DNA of 64,000 bases from Macrostomum lignano (lineage: Eukaryota): contig NIVC01000211.1 of NCBI GenBank assembly GCA_002269645.1, forward strand, positions 62,001 to 126,000. Reading direction: 5' to 3'. Numbering within the stretch: the first letter of the stretch is position 1; the number at the start of each line of letters is the position of its first letter. Of the stretch, positions 22,190-43,894 are shown one piece after another. A program made the position numbers and the translations under genes. The notes beneath the pieces are model-generated. The model had not been told where the DNA came from and did no database searches. It worked only from the letters and a program-made list of their open reading frames with translations.

Positions 22190-23100
22190 GAGATTTGAGA
22201 CTTGACTGATTGATTATCAATGAGATTTTAGAGTTGATCAATTGATTTTCAATGGGATTAGAGAGTTGATCAGTTTATTATCAATGGAATAAGAGAGTTG
22301 ATCAATTGATTTTCCATGAGATTTGAGAGTTGATCAGTTTATTATCAATGGAATAAGAGAGTTGATCAATTGATTTTATATGAGATTTGAGAGTTGATCA
22401 GTTTATTATCAATGGTATAAGAGAGTTGATCAATTGATTATCAATGAGATTTGAGAGTTGATCAGTTTATTATCAATGGAATAAGAGAGTTGATCAATTG
22501 ATTTTCTATGAGATTTGAGAGTTGATCAGTTTATTATCAATGGAATAAGAGAGTTGATCAATTGATTTTCTATGAGATTTGAGAGTTTATCAATTGGTTT
22601 TCCATGAGATTTGAGAGTTGATCAATTGATTTTCCATGAGATTTGAGGGTTGATCAGTTTATTATCAATGGAATAAGAGAGTTGATCAATTGATTTTCTA
22701 TGAGATTTGAGAGTTTATCAATTGGTTTTCCATGAGATTTGAGAGTTGATCAATTGATTTTCCATGAGAATTGAGGGTTGATCAGTTTATTATCAATGGA
22801 ATAAGAGAGTTGATCAATTGATTTTCTATGAGATTTGAGAGTTGATCAATTGATTTTCCATGAGATTTGAGAGTTGATCAATTGATTTTCCATGAGATTT
22901 GAGGGTTGATCAGTTTATTATCAATGGAATAAGAGAGTTGATCAATTGATTTTCTATGAGATTTGAGAGTTTATCAATTGGTTTTCCATGAGATTTGAGA
23001 GTTGATCAATTGATTTTCCATGAGATTTGTGAATTGATCAATTGATTTTCCATGAGATTTGAGAGTTGATCAGTTTATTATCAATGAGATTTGATCAATA
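22190..23100. repeat. Intergenic minisatellite of two alternating 32-bp monomers
   Basis: GAGAGTTGATCAATTGATTTTCCATGAGATTT and GAGAGTTGATCAGTTTATTATCAATGGAATAA, lying between convergent genes. Confidence 0.95.
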
Positions 23101-23157
23101 GATCATCATTAATCAGTTGAAGTGGGTCAATATATCATCAATACGGTGTCGGATCTC

Positions 23158-24939
23158 TCAAAGTCCCTGCTCACAGAGCCGGTCGAGTTTCAGAAAATCC
23201 TCAACTTCCAAGGCTCTGGTACTCAGTCCGTAGCATCGCATCCAGCCTGCCAAGCAGCTCTCAGACGCGGGAGCGAATCCCAGTCTCAGACAGGAGAATC
23301 GGTCAGCTTCATCGCTAGATCCCATCTCTAATCCGAGTCCGATTTCGGTGCGGCTTAGAAAAGTCCCGTTCAAATAGAATCTTGGATTTCTGCTGGCGTT
23401 GTAATAGACAAATCCCAGTGACATTGTCTGCAGGATTAATGGCTTGGTCCCTGTGTTGGGGAATGCATTGGCAACCGACTGGGAGTATGTGCCTCTGATG
23501 CCATGTAGCTGCTGCCTTTGGCGAATGTATTGCCGCTGCTGCTGTTGTTGCATTGCTGGAATCGGTGGTAGAACTGGTACCTGCGTGATGTGGTGAAATG
23601 ACATTGATGAAGGTAAGAGGTTTGGGGTGTTGGGGGTACGAGTTTGGAGGTTGTTGGGGGGGGAAGAATTTTGGATTGTTGGGGGTAGAGTTTTGGGGTG
23701 TTGGGGTACGAATTTTGGGGGGTAAGAGTTTTGGGGTGTTGGGGGTAAGAGTTTTGGGGTGGTGGGGGTAAGAGTTTTGGGGTGGTGGGGGTAAGAGTTT
23801 TGGGTGGTGGGGGTAAGAGTTTTGGGTGGTGAGGGGTCGGAGTTCTGAGGTGGTGGGGGTAAGAGTTTGGAGTGGTGGGGAGTAACAGTTTGGGGTGGCG
23901 CAGGGGGTGCGCTCATTAGTTTTGTGTCGGGACAAGTGCGGATCATGGGAATTCTAATACCCTCCGTTATGTCTTCGTGGGTTCCAATCAGTGTATCCAA
24001 TTTGTAAATTTATGTTTGGCATTTTGTCAACTCATTTATCTGAGTGAGATAAATGACAAAAAACACACGCACGCACCTTTTGTTCAACAGGTGCTGCACC
24101 TTTGCGTATACAGAGAAAGAACCGTTGCGTTTGAGAATATTTTCGAATCCCGGTGTCTCCACGCTCAGATAGGATTCATTGTGGCCTCCGAGCTGCACTC
24201 CATCGGCGTCCAGGGTGGCATTGCGGGCTGACAGGCAGAACTGCCTAGGATCGACTTGGTTGATGAGGCCCGACTGACGGAAATTGTAGAACAGCTTCAT
24301 GCCGAGGCTGGTCAGGGCATCTGGAAGGTCAGGTGGGTGGGTGATTGCATAAGCTTGACATATACTCAGTTGCTGGGCCAGCCTCCCAGATCCCCAGTTT
24401 CTTGGCCAGCCTCCCAGATCCTCAGTTGCTAGGCCAGCCTCCCAGATCCTCTGCAGTTGCTAGGTCAGCCTCCCAGATCCTCAGTTGCTGGGCAGCCAGC
24501 CTGCCAGATCCCCATTTGCTAGGCCAGCCTCCCACCAGATCCTAAAGCTAAAACCGATCACCAAGTCCATTCGGCACTGCTAACCATCAGACGCGGTTGG
24601 CTCGCTAGCCGAGTGGAAAAACGAGCTGCAACCCCCATCCGGAATCCACTGCTGCGCAATCGAGGCGCACGCGTTACCAAGGAAACAGATGCCGCTGCTA
24701 GAATTGAAATGAAAGCCGTTGCAGACAGACTTGCTGGAGCACAGGACGCTGCAGTCGGCCTCGCTCTCAGTTCTGACAATGAATTCCGAGAACTTTTCTG
24801 ACTGCGGACTCAAATTTGAGTTGTAAATTGCTGGACACAGCTTCGTCTTCTTGAACGATAATCCAGAGGCTCGAACACTCAGATCCGGCCAGGCTGCTGT
24901 TATTGCTGCCACCAGAGTGATGAAGCTTCTAAAAGTCAT
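23158..24939 (-). CDS. Secreted PAN/Apple + LamG/concanavalin-like protein (3 exons; frame conflict at intron 2)
   Basis: Exon 1 (24939-24585): signal peptide MTFRSFITLVAAITAA plus PAN motif CSVLCSSKSVCNGFHFNSSSGICFL. Exon 2 (24320-24077): SYLSV…SFSVYAKV. Exon 3 (23580-23158): LGFVYYNAS…FYLNG…LRLG…LAGWMRC…RALEVEDF, typical of LamG-like domains. Intron 1 phases match (1/1). The intron 2 donor is phase 2 but the long frame of exon 3 needs phase 0. Confidence 0.65.
23605..23900. repeat. G-rich 23-bp minisatellite (GGGGTAAGAGTTTTGGGGTGGTG)
   Basis: Tandem copies in intron 2 of the PAN-LamG gene. Same family as 25815-26120. Confidence 0.9.
24365..24540. repeat. Degenerate copy of the 28-bp LRWD1-intron minisatellite in intron 1 of the PAN-LamG gene
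   Basis: CAGTTGCT(G/A)GGCCAGCCTCCCAGATCC units. Confidence 0.9.
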
Positions 24940-24998
24940 ACTTGTTCTTTCAAGTCCTTGAAATTTGAGGACGATTTCCATATTGAACCTGCTGGGCC

Positions 24999-25006
24999 TT
25001 TAAATA
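24999..25006 (-). promoter_or_regulatory. TATA-like box (TATTTAAA) of the PAN-LamG gene
   Basis: Lies 60 nt upstream of the ATG at 24939. Confidence 0.4.
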
Positions 25007-25814
25007 GCCAGATTCATGCCGGAGTATGCATGACCTCAGATGACCTCAGCAGTAGCAGCAGCAGCAGAAACAACAGAATTCACCTCAACCCCCACCCCAA
25101 CCAGCAATTTATTGTGTCAACTAAACCACGAATCCTGCTTTCCCTACTGGCAGCTCAGCATGTTTGCTTTGGCAATTCAAATCTTGAGTTAACGCTGTAT
25201 GTATGGCAATCAGCCTCTTCTAGAAGAAGATTCGCATGCCTGCCTAAAAGCGTTAGGCCTGAGAATGATTTCATCAATAAAAAACTTTTTAAAAATTCTA
25301 TCGGAGTCATAAAAACGCAAAAGTTTGAAATTGTGTTCACACGATTTTTTCGATTATTCTGTCAAAATCAGTCGATTAAAATAAATCAAATAGAATATTT
25401 CTATATAGCACAGTATGTATATTTGTTAAAAAAGATAATCAATATTTATTTGAACAGCAGGATAGCTAAGTGCAATAAGCTTTATAAATATTTCAAAGCA
25501 ATAAATCTAGTTTAATATTTAACGGTAATAACGCCGTAAACTCGAATACATGCTGATATTTAATGCTCTGATATCTGTCTTGTCAGCGATCTGGTTAAAA
25601 ATAATCTGCTTTAGGGTAAAAATTCTAAATATAAGTGGTTCGCAACAGGAGAAGAATAAAAAGGAAGCGAGGTTAGGGTGCATTGCGACTGTGGCACTGT
25701 TACTTGAATAATAATCGGTCTCATAGAAAACAACTATAAATATGGCCACCTCGATCATTTTATTTATTTTAGATTATTAAAGATTGTGTTTTTCGGCTGT
25801 GTTGGGGGTAAATA

Positions 25815-26120
25815 AGAGTCTTGGTGGTGGGGGTAGGAGTTTTGGGGTGATGGGAGAAAGAGTTTTGGAGTGGTGGGGTAAGAGTTTTGGGGTGGTGGGA
25901 GTAAGAGTTTTGGGGTGGTGGGGGTAAGAGTTTTGGGGTGGTGGGAGAAAGAGTTGTGGAGTGGTGGGAGTAAGAGTTTTGGGGTGGTGGGGGTAAGAGT
26001 TTTGGGGTGGTGGGAGTAAGAGTTTTGGGGTGGTGGGAGTAAGAGTTTTGGGGTGGTGGGAGTAAGAGTTTTGGGGTGGTGGGGGTAAGAGTTTTGGGGT
26101 GGTGGGTAAAAGAGTGTTTT
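25815..26120. repeat. G-rich 23-bp minisatellite downstream of the kinesin stop
   Basis: GGG(G/A)GTAAGAGTTTTGGGGTGGT tandem copies. Confidence 0.92.
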
Positions 26121-26306
26121 AGAACCTTAGATAGAAAGTTTTGGGGTAATAACGCGTCGATGTCGTAACGTGAATTGTAACCTTCCGAAAGTTTTTGTTG
26201 AGCTACGCTGGTTTAGGGTCACACAATAAAAATGATCTTCCTTAAGCCATAAACTTGGTGTGAGTCAGTTTTTAAATCGAAAGCCGGCAACTCAACAGAA
26301 ACTTTG

Positions 26307-36205
<9,899 letters not shown>

Positions 36206-37704
36206 TTTGGATTTAATATCAGAAGTTTAGAGGAAGATAATTTATTTTACGCTTTGAAGTACAAAATATAATTGACTCGATAATCACTCGATTATTTCAC
36301 TTTGAATAACAGGTAGCTACTGAAAATAAAAGGCATGATTAAAAATTTAGTTATATTTCACATTTTTTCATATTGTGCGCATTATAAAATAAAATAGATT
36401 ACTTCAAGGCTTGAATTTTACTGTAACCCTAACTTATTATGTAAAATTACGCGTCTTTGTTAATATGACTACGTCACGGATTGGTATTGTTACTAGAAAA
36501 TGTAAATCAGTAAAGTGGTACATGCAAAGCATAGATGTGGATAATCTACAAAATGTTAATTTTTCTATTTTATAAATTAGGTATATACATTACTGTAATA
36601 GTATTTCTTCTATTTACCAGTTGCCAGTATAGTGCATTCATTTGGGCACTATAAATGGCATGATCAACATTTTCGGAGCAGGATAAGCTTGATTCGCTGG
36701 GGTTCGGGTTAAAATAATTAAATAAAAATAAAAATTCTTTTAAATTAGAGCTGAAACCGTTCTGCTATTAAAAATGACACCCGCCCTCTCAGTTATAACA
36801 ACTGAGAAATGTAGAAGTGCTACATTTACACATGCAGATTTATGTTTACGTGGGCATATTACCTTGCATAATCTGTATGACATGCAGTCGTCGAGCAAGA
36901 GAAAATTTAATGTATCGCAAAATTTTGCAGTTCACTTTGCACTAATCTTATTAATACTTTCTATCATGATCATGTATGCATGACTATTATACAGACTCAA
37001 GCAATGTATACATTACTGTATATAAATACACCTAGCCTTACACTGCCCGACAGAAGGGGCCAAAAGAGCTGCACGACTTTTAGTCCAAAGTCTCCATGCA
37101 ATATGCATCGCAAATCATCCTCAACCTCACGCGCATTATGTCCGTGATGAAGAATTCATTTTGCAGCTGCTGCCTGGTTGTGTGGGGCAGCAAAAAGGAA
37201 GACCATGCAAGAATAAACGGAATGGCCATTTTTTCACTTTGTTTTAATCTATTCATATATATTAAGCACACACTGCATGGCTCGTGCGGCAACTCTCTGA
37301 TTATTTTTTGGCAAAGAAAATCGCGTGTTGGCAATTCTGCACCGAATTCATCCTATTGCAGCTGCTGCCGCGCTCCCTGAGGGATTTCTGCAACTTTCGA
37401 TCCCTATAGCTCACAACGCGCGATTCTTGAATACAATTCCCGGTTGGCATTAGGCGCACGTGCAGTAGCCATTATACTTGTGGAATATATTTAATAAACT
37501 CCTGCTACTGCTGTTTAAGAATCTTATAGAGAAATGATTGATTAAAAAAAAACTAGAATTACAACGATTTCAATTAGATTATCCTTTCGATTGAAGTCAC
37601 CGCGGTGATTTGGGATTCAGCTGCTGTCTCCCAGGTAAAATTAATTTTGGCAATCAAACCTGATAAGGTCACTGGAGCAGAAACTCTGAAATACAGTACA
37701 AGAG

Positions 37705-39083
37705 CTCCAGCACCAAGGGGCGCCAGCACCAAGTGGCAGTGGCGTAGCCAGGGGGGCGGGGGGGGGGGCCGCGGCCCCCCTAATCGCCTGAGGGGGGTGG
37801 GGTTGGGCGCGGCGGGTACCAAAAACCATGAGGCAATTGAGTGCCTGCGGCGCCAAAATGAGTGCCTGCGGCGCCAAATTGAGTGCCTGCGGCGCCAAAA
37901 TGAGTGCCTGCAGTGCCAAAATAAGTGCCTGCGGCGCCAAAAGTGGCAATGGCATAAGGCATGGCCAGCCAGGCCAACCTGCCCCCCCCCCCAATTGAAA
38001 TTCCTGGCTACGCCACTGCCAAGTGGCGCCAGCACTAAGTGGCGCCAGCACCAAGGGGCGCCAGCTCCAAGTGGCGCCAGCACCAAGGGGCGCCAGCACC
38101 AAGGGCGCCAGCACCAAGGGGCGCCAGCACCAAGGGGCGCCAGCACCAAGGGGCGCCAGCACCAAGGGGCGCCAGCACCAAGGGGCGCCAGCACCAAGGG
38201 GCGCCAGCACCAAGGGGCGCCAGCACCAAGGGCGCCAGCACCAAGGGCGCCAGCACCAAGGGGCTTTAGCACCAAGGGGCGCCAGCACCAAGGGGCGCCA
38301 GCACCAAGGGGCGCCAGCACCAAGGGGCTTTAGCACCAAGGGGCTTTAGCACCAAGGGGCTTTAGCACCAAGGGGCTTTAGCACCAAGGGGCGCCAGCAC
38401 CAAGGGGCGCCAGCACCAAGGGGCTTTAGCACCAAGGGGCTTTAGCACCAAGGGGCTTTAGCACCAAGGGGCTTTAGCACCAAGGGGCTTTAGCACCAAG
38501 GGGCTTTAGCACCAAGGGGCTTTAGCACCAAGGGGCTTTAGCACCAAGGGGCTTTAGCACCAAGGGGCGCCAGCACCAAGGGGCTTTAGCACCAAGGGGC
38601 GCCAGCACCAAGGGCGCCAGCACCAAGGGGCGCCAGCACCAAGGGGCTTTAGCACCAAGGGGCGCCAGCACCAAGGGGCTTTAGCACCAAGGGGCGCCAG
38701 CACCAAGGGGCGCCAGCACCAAGGGGCGCCAGCACCAAGGGGCGCCAGCACCAAGGGGCGCCAGCACCAAGGGGCGCCAGCACCAAGGGGCGCCAGCACC
38801 AAGGGGCGCCAGCACCAAGGGGCGCCAGCACCAAGGGGCGCCAGCACCAAGGGGCGCCAGCACCAAGGGGCGCCAGCACCAAGGGGCGCCAGCACCAAGG
38901 GGCGCCAGCACCAAGGGGCGCCAGCACCAAGGGGCGCCAGCACCAAGGGGCGCCAGCACCAAGGGGCGCCAGCACCAAGGGGCGCCAGCACCAAGGGGCG
39001 CAAGCACCAAGGGGCATCAGCACCAAGGGGCGCAAGCACCAAGGGGCACCAGCACCAAGGGGCGCCAGCACCAAGGGGCGCCA
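37705..39083. repeat. 16-bp minisatellite array (AAGGGGCGCCAGCACC / AAGGGGCTTTAGCACC), interrupted by a MITE
   Basis: Long homogeneous blocks of the two variants. Confidence 0.97.
37737..38018. mobile_element. hAT-type MITE, 282 bp, inserted in the 16-bp array
   Basis: Perfect 16-bp TIRs CAGTGGCGTAGCCAGG / CCTGGCTACGCCACTG. Perfect 8-bp TSD CCAAGTGG at 37729-37736 and 38019-38026. Five internal 21-bp repeats. Confidence 0.95.
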
Positions 39084-39466
39084 CAGCTTTTGCAGCCTAT
39101 GGCAGTCGTAAGCAACCAACAAAGGTGAAAATTAACCACACAAAATCTGTTATATTTGAATTATAAAGTTGATAATTCCGCAAAATTTTTCACGTTTTAT
39201 TGAACAATTATAGTTTCGGTAATTGATTTAATTTTAATAGTTCAGGGTTCAGACAACAGTTGACCCGCAAGCAGTTAATTGCATATACTGAACAGTCACA
39301 ACAGCACAGGAAATTCAGAGTTTAAATTTACGACAGACAATTATTGACACAAGATGCTGAGAAAATACACAGATATAATCGTAGAACAAAACACGCATAA
39401 AAAATCGCTGATATTTTTGCAAAAAGTTTTACTTTATCTGTTTATCAAAAGCAAACATTAATTTGG

Positions 39467-39650
39467 ACAGAGCAGACGCGACTGACACTCGGGCCTTGGT
39501 TCGATTCCGGGTGTCGGCCACTCGCACTCATACACCCATGAGGGCCAACCCCCAAGGCGAAGAGGGTGTACATCCTCTCGACCAAGGCTTCACGCAGTGG
39601 GTGGCCCACAACAAGACTCTCTGTTACTACAGGCAGGTACAACAAGACTG
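39467..39650 (+). mobile_element. Probable 5'-truncated tRNA-derived SINE
   Basis: B box GGTTCGATTCC inside a T-arm (CTTGG-TTCGATT-CCGGG). D-loop-like TGGACAGAGC at tRNA-like spacing, but no anticodon or 5' acceptor stem. Candidate TSD TTAATTTGG (39458-39466) / TTAAGTTGG (39651-39659), 8/9. Confidence 0.5.
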
Positions 39651-41015
39651 TTAAGTTGGGTTTTGCCTTGGAGAGCCATGAAACTTCTCAGAGCTGCTGC
39701 TCTCTCTCGCCGCCTGCGGGCTGACGTTGGTGTGATGGAAGGTGGCGCACCCGCCGCCAGTCAGGGTCAGGTGCGGGTTGCTGCCTGGGCTGCTCCGTGT
39801 GGCCTTGCGATAGGTGCAGACCCCGGTGCCAGGCGTGCCGCCCCGACGACAGAACTGCCTCAAGATGGAGGTGGTGCAGGTGTAAATGAAGAAGTTGCAG
39901 AGAGAGTCCAGCTCGACCAGAATGTTGACGACAAGCTCAGTCAGGGGCGCCTTGTTCTTCACGAAACCGAATATGTCAGTGGGACTCTCCAGAATCAGGC
40001 AGGTGAGAGACAGAGCTACGATGAGGCGGATGCTGGCTCGTTCGCGTTTCGCCTGTCGCTGACTGTTGAGGCCGGCGGCTCGCTGATTTTTGTCGGACAC
40101 TACAGGCGGCTGCTGGCGTCGGGACTGCCGAGTCTCCGGCGGCTCGACGGACACCTTGTCGATGTCGTCAATCAGACAGGCAGCCTGATCCGGCCCGCTA
40201 TGCGCCCTGGCAGCTGCATGCTCCGCCGCTCTGTCCTCTGTGTGCTCTGTCCAGTTGGCGCTGGTGACCGATTTTTCATGGGCTCGATTTCGATAGCGGC
40301 CACGGATGCGCCTCGAAAGCGGCTGCTGACTGCCTCTCGATGCCGGGGCTGCTGGCGGCGAGCACAGGCGCTTTCTCAGCTGGCTGGCGTTCCTCAGCAC
40401 CACCACAGTGATGATGGTGGCCACCAGGATGGACAAGATCGGCACCATGCCCTGGTAGGCGTAGAACACGATCTCGATCGCATGCACCTGACCGCCGCTC
40501 CAGCCGAACCTCCCAGTCAGCCTGCCGTCCTGGGCCAGCACCATCAGCAAGCTCAGTACTAAGCCGATAATTGCTGCCCCAGTTTCCATAGCAACCAGGT
40601 AGGCCGGCTTGAAAGCTGTACTGCCCGATCTGCTGCTAACCGGGTTGAACACCGCTTCAACTCGAGACCAGGAGATCAGACCCATTGTCCAGTTCCTCAT
40701 GGTCAGAGAGAATCTCAGCACGGTGTAGAGAACCAGCATCTCCACTGGAGTCTCCATGTCCGATTGGGCACTGTAGTGCAGCAGCTGGGTAGCGTAGGTG
40801 ATAATCACGGACAGGTGAAACAGCAGCTCGAACACGGACATTGTCACCACCAGGCGCCGGAGCACCGGGTGCACAGCTTTGTCCTTCACCAGAAAGAACA
40901 GAGCCGAGAAGGCGGACAGAATGGCATTCAAAGTTGACAGCGGAATGTACACAAACGGCTCGGCTGGGTGGCGACCACTGCTGGACGCGGAGGCATCAGC
41001 GATGGACGAGTTCAT
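39651..41015 (-). CDS. Intronless class A (rhodopsin-like) orphan GPCR, 454 aa
   Basis: Seven hydrophobic segments. TM3 end NWTMGLISWSRVEAVFNP (DRY position reads SRV), TM6 LILESP, TM7 LDSLCNFFIY. Long third intracellular loop. ATG at 41015; a splice acceptor lies at 41053-41052. Confidence 0.9.
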   Translation of the reverse strand: MNSSIADASASSSGRHPAEPFVYIPLSTLNAILSAFSALFFLVKDKAVHPVLRRLVVTMSVFELLFHLSVIITYATQLLHYSAQSDMETPVEMLVLYTVLRFSLTMRNWTMGLISWSRVEAVFNPVSSRSGSTAFKPAYLVAMETGAAIIGLVLSLLMVLAQDGRLTGRFGWSGGQVHAIEIVFYAYQGMVPILSILVATIITVVVLRNASQLRKRLCSPPAAPASRGSQQPLSRRIRGRYRNRAHEKSVTSANWTEHTEDRAAEHAAARAHSGPDQAACLIDDIDKVSVEPPETRQSRRQQPPVVSDKNQRAAGLNSQRQAKRERASIRLIVALSLTCLILESPTDIFGFVKNKAPLTELVVNILVELDSLCNFFIYTCTTSILRQFCRRGGTPGTGVCTYRKATRSSPGSNPHLTLTGGGCATFHHTNVSPQAARESSSSEKFHGSPRQNPT

Positions 41016-41444
41016 GCTCCCCGTAGGCGTTGACAAGGACGCAAATCTTTGCTGTCAATAATAGTACAAACTACTCAGCTCTCGTTAATCAAGCCGTTTT
41101 TTTGAAGCAAACCAACCTAAAACCTAAGGCTTATAAATTCAACTTTTGAGAGAGTACTCTGCTCTGCATGAGCACAGTTTTAGATCCTGCTTACCCAGCC
41201 AATGGCAGGTCAGTTCTAAGCCCCAACCTCCCGTAGTGAGCAGACTCTGTCAGGGATGTGATTAGTGCTGAACAGGGATGGCTGACACACGTTAATGCTT
41301 GCCGAGTCACTTTGAAGGGAAAATGCTACTTCTGTAAGCCAGCAGTTGACAGCACGACTGTTGAAGACCTTCGGCGGAACCGTTCTGCAATCTAATATTT
41401 CCTAGCATCGGAGGCGCTTAACTGGAGGGCTCCACTGTCTCTTG

Positions 41445-41642
41445 GTAGGCGCCCCTGTCTCTTGGTTGGCGCCCCGTCTCTTGGTGGGCGCCCCTGTCTC
41501 TTGGTGGGCGCCCCTGTCTCTTAATAGGCGCCCCTGTCTCTTGGTTGGTGCCCCTGTCTCTTGGTTGGTGCCCCTGTCTCTTGGTTGGCGCCCCTGTCTC
41601 TTGGTTGGCGCCCCTGTCTCTTGGTTGGCGCCCCTGTCTCTC
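41445..41642. repeat. 20-bp minisatellite (GGCGCCCCTGTCTCTTGGTT)
   Basis: About 10 copies. Confidence 0.93.
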
Positions 41643-42034
41643 ATCCAAAAGAAGCAAAGTCGTGTTATTCTTATTGTACAGTAGAACGTGGTTACAGTGT
41701 TTAATGAGGAGGCAGCGGAGGTACCCCACTGTATCAGGTAGGATTTAGTTCGCTTTTTAAATCCTTGATCTCGTGTTCACTTCGAAAAAAAGTCTAAGCC
41801 TTTCCTAGAAATAAATTACACTCCAACACAGTCCTCTCGGCCGCCTCTTTCCTGTTCTGACTGCAGCTCACTTGAGTTGAATCTCAATTGTGTAGAATTA
41901 GAAATAATGAAGCATGCAGAAGCGGATTAATTTCGCTGTAGAAAGCTGTTTGTACGGAAACTGAGTATATTGGTAACTATGCATGCGAGTAAATGCATAA
42001 AGTACTTATCTGTCGGGATATTTTTCGCGCTGAC

Positions 42035-42722
42035 ACCCTACTCAAATGAAATGGCACCCTACTCAAATGAAATGGCACTCTACTCAATAGAAATGGCACC
42101 CTAATCAATAGAAATGGCACCCTACTCAAATGAAATGGCACCATACTTAAATAAAATGCCGGCTCTACTCAATTTAAATGGCACCCTACTCAAATAAAAT
42201 GCCGGCTCTACTCAATTTAAATGGCACCCTACTCAAATAAAATGCCGGCTCTACTCAATTTAAATAGCACCCTACTCAAATTAAATGGCACCCTACTCAA
42301 ATGAAATGGCACCCTACTCAAATGAAACGGCACCCTACTCAAATGAAACGGCACCTACTCAAATGAAATGGCACCATACTCAATTTAACTGGCACCCTAC
42401 TCAATTGAAATGGCAACCTACTCAAATGAAATGGCATCTTACTCAAATGAAACGGGACCCTACTCAAATGAAATGGCACCATACTCAATTTAACTAGCAC
42501 CCTACTCAAATGAAATGGCACCCTATTCAAATGAAATGGCACCCTATTCAAATGAAATGGCACCCTACTCAAATGAAATGGCACCATACTCAATTTAACT
42601 AGCACCCTACTCAAATGAAATGGCACCCTACTCAAATGAAATGGCACCCTACTCAAATGAAATGGCACCCTATTCAAATGAAATGGCCCCATACTTAATT
42701 TAACTGGCACTCTACTCAACTG
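42035..42722. repeat. 21-bp minisatellite (GGCACCCTACTCAAATGAAAT)
   Basis: About 30 copies with variants. Confidence 0.95.
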
Positions 42723-43894
42723 AAATAAGTATGCCTCTATATGAAAGCTCTTGGCTTGTCCCAGGTGTCGCAGGCAAGTAATGGGCTAACTGAAACTTTC
42801 GTGGTTGAATGAATGCCTCAATAATTGATGCTGTTTGGTCAGTCAGCACAGAAAGGTGTTTAAATTTCTCAGAAACTGCAGGTGAAGTTGGGGTGGAGGG
42901 CATTATAGTGCAGGTAACTTGAGAGTTTATAATCGAATAAAATGTCCATTACATGTCTGTGTGCTTTGTCTAGTATGTCTTGTCTATAAAACGTTAATGT
43001 CCTGTCTAAAAGAGGTCAATGTGTCCTGTCTAAAAGAGGTCAATATTTCCTGTCTATAAGATCCAAAACTTGTTTAGAAAGCCTGTCTAATCAATACTAA
43101 TCCTACGAATGTAAGACAAGAAGGTCATGTATGTTTTCCGACAGATGGCGTAAGTGTTTGCTATTTATTTACTCATTTTCTTGTGCAACATTGCACTTAA
43201 TCCACAAAGAAGAGCATCAAATATGTTTTGCTTCTGTGTCTATCTACAATATTCTAAATAGAACTTGGTTTTTTTACTGTCTTAAATTTCAGACGAATCC
43301 TGTATGTATAATAGAATATTTACTGTATACAATCTGTAAGCCTAGCAACTGAAATAGTAACAGCGAGTCTGTAAGGCACCCGACAGCAGAAGGTGCATGC
43401 ACCGAAGCGGATCAACTGCTGACTATAGAATCAGGAAAAAAAATTAAAATACAGAATCATCCCGACTGACTGATTGACTGCATGTGCACTTCAATTAGAA
43501 TGAAAATCTGCATCCTAGTTGACAGGAGATACTTTGCCCTCTATACATAGCTCTATCTGCGTGTGCAGTGCACAGCGAATGGAAGACAGCAGGCAAGACT
43601 GCGGAGGCGGAGACGCTGTACCTACAATAAAAGTGCTAACGGATCGATGTAGGGATTCAATCTAAATTTATACAAAGCTAATCACCCTGCCGCCTACAAA
43701 CAGCCATCTAACGATTAATTTGACAACAGCTGGACAAAGTGGCGGATCAACTTGAACTGGGAATTTATATCTACTAGTAATTTGGAACAGTAGTATCCAA
43801 CCGGAACTAAGCGCTTCGCTACAAACCTGATGGATATTTTTACTTGATTTTTTGTTTGTTGCGCCTTATCTCAAACCTTAGGGCGATTCTGTCT

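Noticed and set aside
37574-39122. GAGAPWCWRPLVLAPL and APAPRGASTKG ORFs
   Set aside because: Translations of the 16-bp minisatellite and the MITE.
39447-39520. Functional tRNA gene
   Set aside because: The T-arm is present, but there is no 5' acceptor strand or A box and the anticodon stem does not pair. A SINE head fits better.
39597-40562. 321-aa plus-strand ORF
   Set aside because: Antisense shadow of the GC-rich GPCR ORF, with no recognisable motifs.
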